20,000 nucleotides of DNA. Source: Lophium mytilinum (taxonomy: Eukaryota). A program made the position numbers and the translations under genes. The first letter of the stretch is position 1; the number at the start of each line of letters is the position of its first letter. Under the pieces are notes generated by a model. It was not told the origin of the DNA. It ran no database searches and saw only the letters and a list, made by a program, of their open reading frames with translations. Shown here in pieces: positions 1 to 10,816 of the stretch. The stretch covers positions 298,231 to 318,230 of the forward strand of contig MU004182.1 in assembly GCA_010093605.1 (NCBI GenBank). Reading direction: 5' to 3'.

Positions 1-15
1 TCACACAGGCATGAA

Positions 16-2144
16 ATGCTTACCGAAGGACCAGTGGTGGACGGAGACTGGAGTAACCCTCGTCATCCGAATAGAGAACCAGAAAAGGCACATGAGGCCC
101 AACGCAAAAGGAAGAGGGGTCAAAATGAGCATCCGCCCGTCATCCTAGAATTAAGCTCGGATCCTCCTACCCCGGAAGCAACGTCTCCGAAATATACAAC
201 TTTCCAGGCTGGACCTCCGGATAGTCCCCCAGGCGTGGTCAATCTGGTAAGCTCTGACGATGAGGAGCCGTCCCCGGATCTTTTACGAAACCCTGCAGGA
301 CACGTCCAAGCCCGGACGTGGAGGAACTATACAACAACCAGTTATGGCTCAGACGCCAAATTTTCTCAGTCGGACAGTTCTCTCCATGTTGCTCCACATG
401 CTGAGCCCTCGGATTCCGCAGGTAGTGTATTTGTTACAGAGCAGCGATCAGACCCACAGCAGAACGTCCAAGCCGCGGACATTGTGGCGATCACAGAGCC
501 AGAGCTCTGCAAAGAACAAGCAGATCTCGTGGACCTAATTGTCAGTGGAAGGAATGTTTTCTATACTGGATCTGCAGGATGTGGGAAGTCCACGGTCCTC
601 AAAGCATTTGTTAAACGCCTCCGAGCAAGAGGACTACAAGTGGACATCGTAGCACCAACAGGTCGTGCAGCATTGGATATCAACGGCTCAACCACTTGGA
701 CCTACGCAGGATGGACTCCTAACCACCACGGACGGCCTTTGAAAACTCTGAAAATGGCCGCCCATGGCAAGTTTGTGCAAAAGAGACTGAGAGCGACTGA
801 TGTTTTGGTCATCGACGAGATATCCATGGTTGAAAACCTCCACTTTGAACGACTCAATGAGATCATGAAGGAAGGCAGAGACAGTGACCTGGCATTCGGT
901 GGCGTCCAAGTTGTCGTCACGGGAGACTTCTGTCAGCTGCCGCCGGTGAAGCCATTTGGACATTGCATCAAATGCGGAAAGGTATTGCGGGCAAATTTGG
1001 CTCGAAACGAGTTTACGTGCCCTGAGGACGGTGCAGTATACTTCTTGAAGGATCAATTTGCATTCAGAAGCACAGCGTGGAAAGAATCGAACTTTGTCCA
1101 CGTGAACCTCACGAACATACATCGACAGAGCGATGCCGTTTTCATCAACATACTGCAAAAGTGTAGGATGGGCAAGGTCTTAACTCAGGCGGACCAAGAT
1201 CTCCTCCTCAATCATCATTCTGAGACTAGGGGGGCGGTACGACTTTTCGCAACCCGAGAAGAAGTAAGGCGGACCAATCTAGAAGCATTCAACCGACTTC
1301 CTAGTCGCGCCCGCTTGTTCACGTCTATCGACACCTTCAAATGGAACAAAGAGCATCGCAATCTAGAGTTCAAGACGAAGCAAAATGAGGATGGCTCGTT
1401 GCAAGCACTGCATGATCATCGCTTCGACAGCACACTACGTCTGAAGCAAGGAATGAATGTCGTTCTTCTTGTGAACCTTGACATTGGTGCTGGACTAGTC
1501 AATGGTAGTCAAGGCGTAATACAAGGTTTTGAGGCGTACGATCCGCAACAACTGCCGAAGACTATCGAAAATGCAAGCAAAGTACCGGCAGTATCGAAGG
1601 AAGGGGTACCCATGCCCCCAGTACCAACACTTTCAGGCGATCACGCAGCCTTCAGAGAGGGTCAAATCAAAGACTTCATCACCAAAGCTGGGAACAAAGA
1701 GTGGCCCATCGTCCAATTCAACAACGGAGTGAGGCGGACAATCTACGCTGATTGTACGGTGAACGAGCTCGGCGACGAACAACCACATTCCTTACTTTGC
1801 CGAACGCAGATCCCACTCACAGCTGCTTGGGCCCTCTCCATTCATAAGTCTCAAGTTCGTTCCATGATATTTCTTAATCAGCACACTATCTAACCAGAAA
1901 CTTAGGGAATGACGCTGAATCGCGTGATAGTCGACTTGAGTAAGAGTTTTGAAGAGGGTCAAATGTATGTTGTAATCCTCGAATTCAGATTTCTACGTAC
2001 TAATTGCTTTACTCTATCAGGTACGTTGCTCTCTCTAGAGCTAGAAGTCTCGACGGACTGAAAGTGGAAGGGCTAGGCCGAGGAATGAAAGGCGGAGACG
2101 AGCAGGTTCGGGAATTTTTGCGCGAAAAGTTTGGAATCACTTAA
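16..2144 (+). CDS. PIF1-family (SF1B) 5'-3' DNA helicase; exons 16-1854, 1906-1964, 2021-2144
   Basis: Walker A GSAGCGKS, motif Ia APTGRAA, Walker B VLVIDEISM, FGGVQVVVTGDFCQLPPV, LTNIHRQSD, Pif1-type LRLKQGMNVVLLVNL..GLVNGSQG and QIPLTAAWALSIHKSQ. Removing intron 1855-1905 (GTTCGT..CTAAC..TAG) gives SQ|GMTLNRVIVDLSKSFEEGQ. Removing intron 1965-2020 (GTATGT..CTAAT..CAG) gives M-YVALSRARSLDGL...FGIT, with stop TAA at 2142-2144. The true start could lie upstream of the window. Confidence 0.93.
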
Positions 2145-2487
2145 GGAAGCTAGCTACCTGCTGTGCATGATTGACTATACTGAGCCTTTTTGTTGAGGTC
2201 TCAGTATCTTGGTATAGCTTTTGCCTAGTTCATACTTCTTTTCGGCGTCAGGCTTCTAGATATATTGATACCCCTGTTAGTATGCTCATCTATTCGGTCC
2301 AAAGTCGTGATTCATCCAACAATCACGTAAAGACTGCGAGCGGAGCACAATGAAAAAAGTTCGGAGTATCACATCGTGCTCCAACTTTTCTCCGTCCTTT
2401 TTCAACCTCAGTTGGCACTGGTGAGGCTGTTGACTACTAGTTGCTCCATAGGCAGTGAGAACAACACGTGCGAGCAATACGCCTGGG

Positions 2488-3669
2488 CTATTCGTTCACC
2501 CTCACGACGACCTTCCCAAAATGCCCTCCACTGAAAAGATATTTCAACGCCACCTTACTCTCCTCAAAGGAGAAGACTTTATCGACGGCTGGCCGAATGC
2601 CATGTTCCTCATAGAACCCCAACATCTCATCAAATCGATCTTTGGGTCCATTCAGAATCCCTTTCAACGTAACGTTCCGCCGCAACGCAAGCACGTTCGC
2701 GTTCAACCGATCTCCGGGATCGTCTTCTTTGCCAGAAAGGTACCCGACGCAGTCAATCAGACCGCCAAAAGCGACGCAATCGAAGCTTTTTCGGAGAGTG
2801 CGTGCACCTCCGAGCTCGAAGATGATGTCAGCGCCGTAGTTAGAGGTGATTTTGAGGACTTCTAGCTCCCAGTCGGGGTTTGTGGTGTAGTTGATGGTGT
2901 GTGTGGCACCTAGGGCTTTGGCTTGGGCGAGTTTGGCGTCAGAAGAAGATGTGATTATTGCTGGAAAAGTCAACTTGTCATCTTTAGAGTACAATGAGAG
3001 AGCCGTCAAGTCTTACTTGTTGCGCCAGCAGCATTGGCTATCTGTAAACCCGCTATACTCACACCGCCTGTGCCCTGCAAAAGGACTACCTCCCCGTTCC
3101 CGCCTGCCTGGCCCATCGGTCTCATGCCGTTGAGAGACATCCAAGCAGTCACACTAGCGATTGGTAGGGTGCAGACTTCCTCATCTGTTAGATACTCGGG
3201 CACTTTCAAAAGTCCATAAGTCGGGAAAACCCTATGAGTGGTCAAAACGCCTGGATTTGGGCCACCTAGACCAGAATCTAGCATTTCCGCATTGATTTGG
3301 CCCGTAAGATGCTTTGGGGCAAAGGTCGAAACAACTCGGTCGCCCACCTTCAGAGGGCCGGGTGAAGTTGATGGACCGACTGCCAGGATGACGCCGCACA
3401 TGTCGGAGCAGGGCACAAGAGCAGGCGGGGAATTTACTGATTTGTGGTGAGTATAGAGGCCCATTACGACTGCCTGTTCTTAGCTACACTGTCATTTCTG
3501 CGAGAAGATGTTCATGGGGGCTCAAACCTTCTGTGTCTCGATAGTTCAACGACACAGTCCGTACTTCCACCAGGACTTCATCTTCAGCTGGAACTGGCAT
3601 CTCCCCTTCTGTTATCATCAGGTAGTCAAGTCCATCCTGCTTCGTCATCCATTGCTTGATCTTGACCAT
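2488..3669 (-). CDS. Medium-chain dehydrogenase/reductase (zinc-type alcohol dehydrogenase-like, quinone-reductase/MDR7-like); exons 3669-3528, 3469-3017, 2960-2488
   Basis: Spliced product contains VSLNYRD, PCSDMCG, LKVGDRV, TLPIASVTAW, nucleotide-binding QGTGGVS, IITSSSDAKL, LGATHTINY and C-terminal GGHFGKVVVRV. The two GT-AG introns (3527-3470, 3016-2961) join the frames cleanly. Confidence 0.92.
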
Positions 3670-3765
3670 GATGAGGATGTATGCAATGTATCATCTAAGC
3701 TACAGTTTAGACAGCGGATATTTGCCTTTTCATAGATGATTCGTTCCTTATCAACATTCATCGGA

Positions 3766-3784
3766 TCGGGAGTACAGCTTCCGA
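3766..3784. promoter_or_regulatory. Candidate Zn2Cys6 binding site, CGG-N11-CCG near-palindrome (TCGGGAGTACAGCTTCCGA)
   Basis: CGG at 3767-3769 and CCG at 3781-3783 with an 11-nt spacer, plus an extra CGG at 3762-3764. Lies about 100 bp upstream of the reductase ATG, in the promoter shared with a Zn2Cys6 gene. Confidence 0.4.
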
Positions 3785-4090
3785 AAGCGTTACGTGGGTC
3801 TATTACAGTGTTTGGTTTCCATCCCGACCTGGAGCTCGCACGATGGCACCCTTGATTATAAGCGACGTGATACAGGTACGGGCGAAGAAGAGGGAGGCGT
3901 GGAAAGAAGCACTGAAATCAATAGCATGATGGAGATGGAGTTTACGCTAGGACACAAGAAGCCTAGTGCGTCGCGTCCTCCAGGCGTCATTATCTCCATG
4001 GTGCTGGTCAGCTTCGAAGCTTCTACCTACATACTTTCTTCATGCCTTCGCAGGAAAACGGCCGCAGTAATCTGAAAGCGCCTAGTAGAA

Positions 4091-5788
4091 ATGGTGTATT
4101 GTGGGAGGCCGAGCAAAGGGTGCCAACCTTGTCGTTCCCGGAAGACAAAGGTGGGCTCATCTTTCCCTTTAAGATTCTACTTCAGCTTTGCTAATCAGAC
4201 TTCAGTGTGACGGAATTGTTCCATCCTGTTCCCAATGCTTGAAAGCCTCCCGCGAATGCTTTGGCTATCGCGATGAGCAGTCTATGATATTTAGAGATGA
4301 GACACGGAAGGTCATGCAGAAAGCCCGAGGCCGCAATTTCGAACTATCAGGGAAACATAGCAAGCCTACTTCCCCAGAAAGCCATATTGCGACCCAGGAG
4401 CCTTCACATTCTACTCCAGAGACTAGTTTGATGACTTTAGCTTTTCTTACCCCCTCCCATTTCGTAGAAGATGATGCGGCATCTTTTTTCTTCTACCATT
4501 ATGTACTAAAAGAGCCCGCATTCGCGAATGGGCTCTACGACTTTCTTCCCACGCTATACTCTCAAGGTTCATCGGCTGTGTTTCAAGACATCGTGACTGC
4601 AACTGGCCTAGCAGGTCTCGCGAACCTGAAAAGATCATCTACGCTCATGCATGCCGCGAGGGCCAAGCATAGCACAGCACTTCGCAGCGTCAATGCTTCC
4701 CTTCAAAATCCAGAGACGGCAACCTCTGACTCGACATTGATGGCGGTTCTCTTGCTCGGGCTTTTCGAAGTAGGTCCACCTCCCTCCTCTTAAATTCGGT
4801 AATTAAACATCACGAGCAGAACATTACTTGCTCGTCTCCAAGTTCTATTCAAGCATGGGCTAAACACGTGAGTGGAGCCCTTGCGATCGCTCGTCTGCGT
4901 GGACGGCAACAACTTGAAAATGACCTTGGCCGTCGGTTGTTCCTCCATCTACGAAACCAAGTGGTATGGCTCTTTTCCTTACAGTAATTTTAAGAGGTCC
5001 CTAATCATACGTAGTTGATCGACTGTATTCAGAGGCAGGAGGCCGTACCAGACATCATTAACGAATGGAACGCAAGCTCAATACGTTCTGGGCACTTTGA
5101 AGAAGCGGATGGGGCTGGGTTCGTGGAACCTCGCCTTTTCCAGATCATGGCTCAGCTTGCCGCTCTCCGTTATAAAGTCAAAGTCAAAGGACACTCACAT
5201 GAAACTACTGCAGAAGCAGTATCCATTGATAATGACCTTATTACATGGGCAGCGACAGTTCCTCCAGACTATGCATACACTACGGTTTCTCATAACAGCT
5301 CCGACTTCCCATTCCCGTCTTACCACGAATATAAGTTCATATGGAGTGCCACATGCTGGAATATCTATCGCACTGCCCGGATTTTTGTCGCTGCGAAGAT
5401 AATCCACTGGTACTCATCGTCAAACTCGACTACCGCGTCACAACAAATACTGTCCGGATATCTCCAAAATGAAGCGGTGCTTGCAGACGAAATTTGTGCC
5501 AGTGTACCTTACTACTTTGGCGGCAACCCAGACTCCGTTTATTCTCTGCCAACCCCTCCTAAAGCAGCATCCGGTTTTGCTTTACTCTGGCCTCTGTACG
5601 CAGCTGCTACGACATTTCACAAAAGTAAATTTCGAACTGGTTGGATTGTAAAGCAGTACGACGTTATTGGAGACGTGCTAGGTATACGAATAGCTTCTGT
5701 GTTTGCGAGTACCCTCAGGAAGAACCAACATATCAGCGTCTGGGATCGTGACCCGTCCGATCGCATTGAAGATGAAGAGGCTTGGTGA
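4091..5788 (+). CDS. Zn(II)2Cys6 fungal transcription factor with C-terminal fungal-specific (Fungal_trans_2/DUF3468-like) domain; exons 4091-4150, 4206-4769, 4820-4963, 5015-5788
   Basis: ATG 4091 gives MVYCGRPSKGCQPCRSRKTK; after the intron comes CDGIVPSCSQCLKASRECFGYRDE, completing the six-Cys binuclear cluster. Later motifs: TLMAVLLLGLFE, WAKHVSGALAIARLRG, WNIYRTARI, ICASVPY and LLWPL. All three introns are GT-AG. Confidence 0.93.
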
Positions 5789-5992
5789 ATAGAAAGCTAG
5801 TCGGCGATAAGCGTGCTATCAACGTCTCGGTCCGCATGCTCTGATATATGCACTAGCAAACAAGGATGGTGGGTCTGATTTTTCCCCCGCTATCGGCCTC
5901 GCTACGGATTTCGATCTCTCAACTTCGTGCCCCGGCGATAGCTGAGCTATCATATTGCTGGTTATTTCCTGTACCTTCAATTCAACCAATCA

Positions 5993-6072
5993 GACTGAGT
6001 GGTTTAGTGGTAAAATTAGCCGTTGCCAAAAGCACAATCGGCTAGCCCCGGGTTCGATTCCCGGCTCAGTCA
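5993..6072 (+). tRNA. tRNA-Gly(GCC) with a 9-nt intron (6029-6037)
   Basis: Folds as a cloverleaf: acceptor GACTGAG/CTCAGTC with discriminator A; D arm GTTT-AGTGGTA-AAAT; anticodon stem AGCCG/CGGCT with loop TT-GCC-A^T and intron AAAGCACAA at the canonical 37/38 site; T arm CCGGG-TTCGATT-CCCGG. Mature length 71 nt. T-runs at 6079-6082 and 6109-6115 could serve as Pol III terminators. Confidence 0.92.
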
Positions 6073-6995
6073 ATATACTTTTGCGTCTCATGGCTTCGAG
6101 AGTCTGTACTTTTTTGCCTCGTCGGTGTATATTCAGTATCGTGTTCTTGTGGACTACGACATCCTCGATCAAATCCACTTGACTCCAAGCCTGTTCAGTA
6201 TCTCACTTAAATTGTTTAGAGATCGATACGGCGGAGAGCTATCGACTTTTGGGCGGTCAAACCACCATACTGAAGGCAGGGAAGACGTAGGAGGCTTGTT
6301 TGGGTCTTAACGTGCTACCTAACTACAGAGGTTGTCAGTCTCTACACTTTGTCCAGCTTGAATATGAACTGATTCGGCTTAGTCTAATCCAGTCCGCATC
6401 TCTCGGTTCACCCTTTCTGCGGGTTCTGAGCTCCCTCAATGGTAACGTGATGTTGTCTTGACTAACTCTCCTACGATTTTGTCAAACCAGTGCTGCGTAA
6501 AGCACCGGGGTGGGGCACCCGGGGTCAAAGCTAGGACAGAGCATATGCACATGGGCCTTTCGAGGTAGCGTGAAGACTGCTGCCCTATCCTATCAAAGAC
6601 ACGAGAGAGCCATATTACCACCCGCAGTGTCAATTTAGAGGACCCTGCTTGGTATGTTGAAAGCCTGCAAGGTGCCGAACCTGGCGGGGAGGGTTGTGAC
6701 GGATGATGGACGCTTTCATTTAAGACTTCGATGAGCGGCACAGCTAGCGCATTTGACATGCATATCGACCACCCGCTGGCATTTCCATGTCTTCATCATC
6801 AACATGTCAACATCGCAGTGATGGCTTTGTTGCTGGTTGTATCCAGTCTTGAGCAAACAAATTTCATGTTGTTGCAGAATAATTATCATTTTTAACAACA
6901 TATTGTTCAATTCAGGTTTTATCTTCTCCACCACCTCTCTTCCTCACGTGTAATTTCCGCAGCATCCTCTATTCAATTCAACGCAACCTACTGAC

Positions 6996-8542
6996 ATGAC
7001 TTTGTTCGACGAGCTTGCCGAGAAGATTGGGGATGATCAGTGGGAAGGGTGGAAAGAACGGGTCCTCGATGCAAAAGAAGAGATTGCGGCATTTGTTGCC
7101 AGTCGCTGCCCAGGACGTGGAGCCGAAGTCCTCGATTGGTTCCAGGGGTCGTTCAACTTCTGCCTCCAGATTATGTACAACGACGGAACCCCAGATACCG
7201 TAATTCGGTTCCCAGGCCTAGGACACACGACGTTCAGGGACGAGAAGACCGTGAACGAGGTCCAGGTCATTCAATTTCTCCAAGAGAACACCACCATCCC
7301 AATTCCGCGTTTGATCAGCTGGGGGCTGACCGAAGACATCCCCCAGCATTTTGGACCTTTGATCATCTCAGAGTTCGTGGAAGGAGTTCATCTCTCTGAT
7401 GTCCTCAAGGATTCTGCTGATAAGAAGCAACTCTACTTGAATCCTCAGATTGACGGAAAAATACTAGATAATGTGTTCTCTCAAATCGCTCATATCACGC
7501 TTCAACTCTATAAATTCAATTTCGACCACATCGGAGCCATTTCAAAGTCTCCTTCCACGGGCTCTTGGTCTGTCACAAGGAGACCCCTGACCTACAGCAT
7601 GAATGAGCTGGCAACTACAGCATTCTATCCTGTGGACAAGTTCCCCACGGCACCGTTTGCATCTGCAGGCGAATACTTCGATCTCTCACGTTTGAGCAGA
7701 AAACGCATCTCTGGACCCAGCGTAACCTCTGTGGCAGTCCGATGGAGGCTCACGATCGATACATCTCCCGCCATTTGTTTGCGCAGTTAGTAGACAGGCA
7801 TTGTATTGACGACCGCGGTCCTTTCAAACTCCGCTGTGACGACTTCCGACCTCAAAACATTCTTGTGGACCCAACGACTCTCTGTATCAAAGCCGTTCTG
7901 GATCTCGAATTCACGAACGCCATGCCTAGCCAGTACGCTTCCGAACCGCCCTGGTGGTTCCTACTGGCGGGGCCTGACTCCTGTCCTCGTCGAGATCGGA
8001 CCATCGAACAATTCGTGGAGGCTTACGAGCCTCGCTTGGAGCAATTTTTGCAAGCAATGGAACGAGCTGAGTTAGGAGGAGAGAGCTCAGATGGTGAAAT
8101 GCCTCTTTCTTGTCTTATGCGTGAATCGTGGGCTACGAAACGTTTCTGGTTCAGTTATGCGGCTCGGAAACCGTTCGATGTCGAAGTTCTCTTTGATAGT
8201 TGCTTGAAGGAGGGCAGTGCCGGTGTTGAGTCGCTAGATGCAGAAGCATGTGCGGGCTTGGAGCCCTTCGTTGAGATGAAGATGAAGCAGTTAAAGGCAT
8301 ATGATAATGAATGCGCGAACTCTCTCCAGTACGCTTGTCATCCTATCCATTCTTTGAATTCGAGTCTTAGGAAGAGCTACCTCTTACCACTTGACCTATT
8401 GATTAATGTGACCTCCAACGCTATCATTAGATTGGTGAAAGCGCTTATGGACAGATGCTTACGCCAACACATTACTCGGATCAAGATGCATGTCAAGCTG
8501 TATACCCTACATCATAGGTATGGTGCAGTGGCTGTAGGGTGA
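6996..8542 (+). pseudogene. APH/choline-kinase-like phosphotransferase family gene with a frameshift near 7680 (pseudogene or assembly error)
   Basis: The 5' ORF has GSFNFC, VIRFP, EKTVNEV, TTIPIP, GPLIISEFVEG, FDHIGAI and RPLTYSMNEL. The 3' part continues in another frame from about 7680: SLTFEQKTHLWTQRNL...FKLRCDDFRPQNILVD...AVLDLEFTNAMP..PPWW...ESWATKRFWF. No intron is evident at the junction. The true C-terminus may be nearer 8330. Confidence 0.8.
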
Positions 8543-9013
8543 TATGCAGAGCTCTAAACAAAGATGCAGCCGCAGAATTAAGGGAGCACATACTCAGACC
8601 TTGCTGTCAAGCTCTCCGAACTACTACTCTAATCTAAGTGGGAACACCTCAATGCGACAGAGTGCTCCATTCGGACGAAGACAGGACCGTTGAAACCGTG
8701 CCTAATAGAACGAGCCTGTAGCTCAGCGAGGAATTCTGCGAAGTTCTTGAGTCAAGGGCAAAGGCTTCATATTCCAGACGGCTCTTGGACAACCATAAAG
8801 ATATATACAATCTACCCAATGCATGACTCGACTAAAGCCTCTGCGTAACAAAAACGGACATCCAAAACCGGACTATTGAACCCAACACATAACTCCGCCT
8901 ATATGATTTGAGAGAAGCATGTTCTATACCGTGTGTGACTGTTGCCTACTCCCATGATTCGACCAGTGAATCCTCTATAACCTTCGCTACGTTAGGGTGA
9001 ATCGCGACTCGGA

Positions 9014-10816
9014 TCATGCGCCCAACTCCTTATTGGGTTGTAAACGGAAGTTGTTCGTGTGCAGTCCTTTCAGTACATCTTCTCCATCTTTCGTCAGATC
9101 TGGCTTTCCAATCGGCGTTGTTGCTCCTGTGAAGAAACGCGGTTGCCATTCTGAATTTCTCGCTTTCCGGTCTGCTGCCTTCTCCCGTTGACGCTCCTCG
9201 AGCTCTTGCTTCAGCTGCGTCGCGAGCCCGAATTGTTTGTTGAGAATCGCATCAGTGACGCCAGCCCAAAACTTTCGGGATTCATTGCTGAGTTGATCCT
9301 CAATCGGTGGAACCAGTTTCGCAACAGGGAAAAGGGGGTTCAAGTCTATGAGGAGAAGTTTTTCCTGAAATGAAGTGTTAGCAATATCTTTTCGTGGCAT
9401 TGGATATATTACGCACTGCCGTTTTCGCAAATGCCTGACTCCCAAGAGTGTAATAAACCTTGTCCTGCCAATTTCCTTCGATTCTACCCAGGACGTCTTT
9501 GTCTGGCACATCTTTTATCTTGGCCTTGGTATCATTCTCGGGGTCGTACGTGAATATGACGCCTTGAACCTTATTCTGTGTTCGTCCTAGCCAGCCCTCT
9601 TCGAGATATTCCAGGATGACTTTTATTCGAGTTTTCGCGCAAGTAACGTAGCAAGTGTCGGCAACGCTTACGCTGAGAGAGCCTAATGTTTATTGTCAGT
9701 ATTTGATCCATCAGTAAAACGAGTAACTCAGACGCACCTCTCAGTAGGCCTCCTAAATGAGCAGCCGGATGAGTTAACTGATATTGCTCGCCGCCCCAGT
9801 TTTGTAGTTCTATGAAGATGCCCAGATTGTGGGCCCCCGGAGTGACACGGATGCTGGTTCCGGTGAATTTTGCGCTCAACTGGTCGAAGCCGCGTGCAAT
9901 GACTCCCTTCTCTGGGCAGTCGACAAAGAATGCTGAAACTGGCGGATGATGTGATGTTTGCTCTGTGAGGTATGAGATCCTAACGTTCTTCGTAGACTTC
10001 GTCGAGGCCGTGCTGGCGGCGCTGCTGGTGGATTTGGCGTCCGGGGCGTGTTTGATAGGCGGGGCAGTGTCTTCGACTTCCCAGTTACACTACGGGTCTG
10101 TTAGTTTTGAAGAATTTGAGGGGTATATCTTATGCGCACCCGGAAGAATTCCCCGAGCGTCGAGTTGTAGGGTTTACACGGTTTCCCTTTTACATATTTC
10201 TAGCCCGATTGTCAGTGCATATCTCGCCATGACGCGGCCATGCGTACCAAGTCCTTCGTAAACCAGAAGCGTAGCGTTCCAAGCATGCGGCCCAGGGCAT
10301 CTTCCGAGTCGCCAATACTGAGAAGGTCAGCGGTTTGTAATTACAGACATAGGAGAGTGTGTGAAACCTGATGAATGTCTCGGGTCGGTCCAAGTAGTTC
10401 CAGTATTCTAGTATCCAAATCAGATCGGGCCCTCTGGACGTGACGGGGATTGCAGCTCGACGCGGAGGAACGGGACATACCCAGATTCGGGGTGGGCTCT
10501 AGCAGTTGGGCAGGCAGGGAAAAGCGGACAGCAGCAATATCTGCAACGCCCATAAATCTATTGTGAGGGCACAGACATTAGCAGTGCCTTAAGACATCGA
10601 AGACGTGGACGAGCCGGCGAAGCGAGACTCGGACTGTGCCACCTACTTCCGCAGTATCCCTAGGAAGGTCCGTAGTTTCGAAGTGTCATCTGGGGCCTTC
10701 TCAACTGGGGCAGTTGCTGGGGTCGCAGCCCTCGAGGCCTCTGTTGAACTGGCGGCAGACGGAGCTGGAGACGGCTTGACCGCCACCTCTAGAGCAGCTG
10801 GGGCCTGTTCCGCCAT
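9014..10816 (-). CDS. Oxysterol-binding protein family lipid transfer protein (ORD-only, Osh6/Osh7-like clade), multi-exon
   Basis: Exon pieces read KLRTFLGILRK|FMGVADIAAVRFSLPAQLLEP, LDRPETF, KPCKPYNSTLGEFF, the OSBP signature EQTSHHPPVSAF (about 9930-9965), SAKFTGTSIRV, ESRKFWAGVTDAI and KQELEERQR. Start placed at ATG 10816 (MAEQAPAA), which is uncertain. Confidence 0.9.

Noticed and set aside
16..2144. Helitron RepHel transposase
   Set aside because: No HUH/Rep domain upstream of the helicase, too short, no RIP damage, and set among host genes.
6436..6934. Short minus-strand ORFs (107 aa and 72 aa) and a small ATGTTGTT/AACAACAT inverted repeat at about 6866-6901
   Set aside because: No recognisable motifs, and lengths compatible with chance.
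7680..7710. Programmed -1 ribosomal frameshift
   Set aside because: No X XXY YYZ slippery heptamer at the junction; a simple 1-bp deletion explains it.
2488..8542. Secondary-metabolite gene cluster (reductase, transcription factor, phosphotransferase)
   Set aside because: No backbone enzyme (PKS, NRPS or terpene synthase) or transporter in the window, and the flanks are housekeeping genes.
8712..8760. tRNA fragment (GTAGCTCAG resembles an A-box) as an att-like duplication
   Set aside because: No T arm or cloverleaf, and no match to the tRNA-Gly at 5993.
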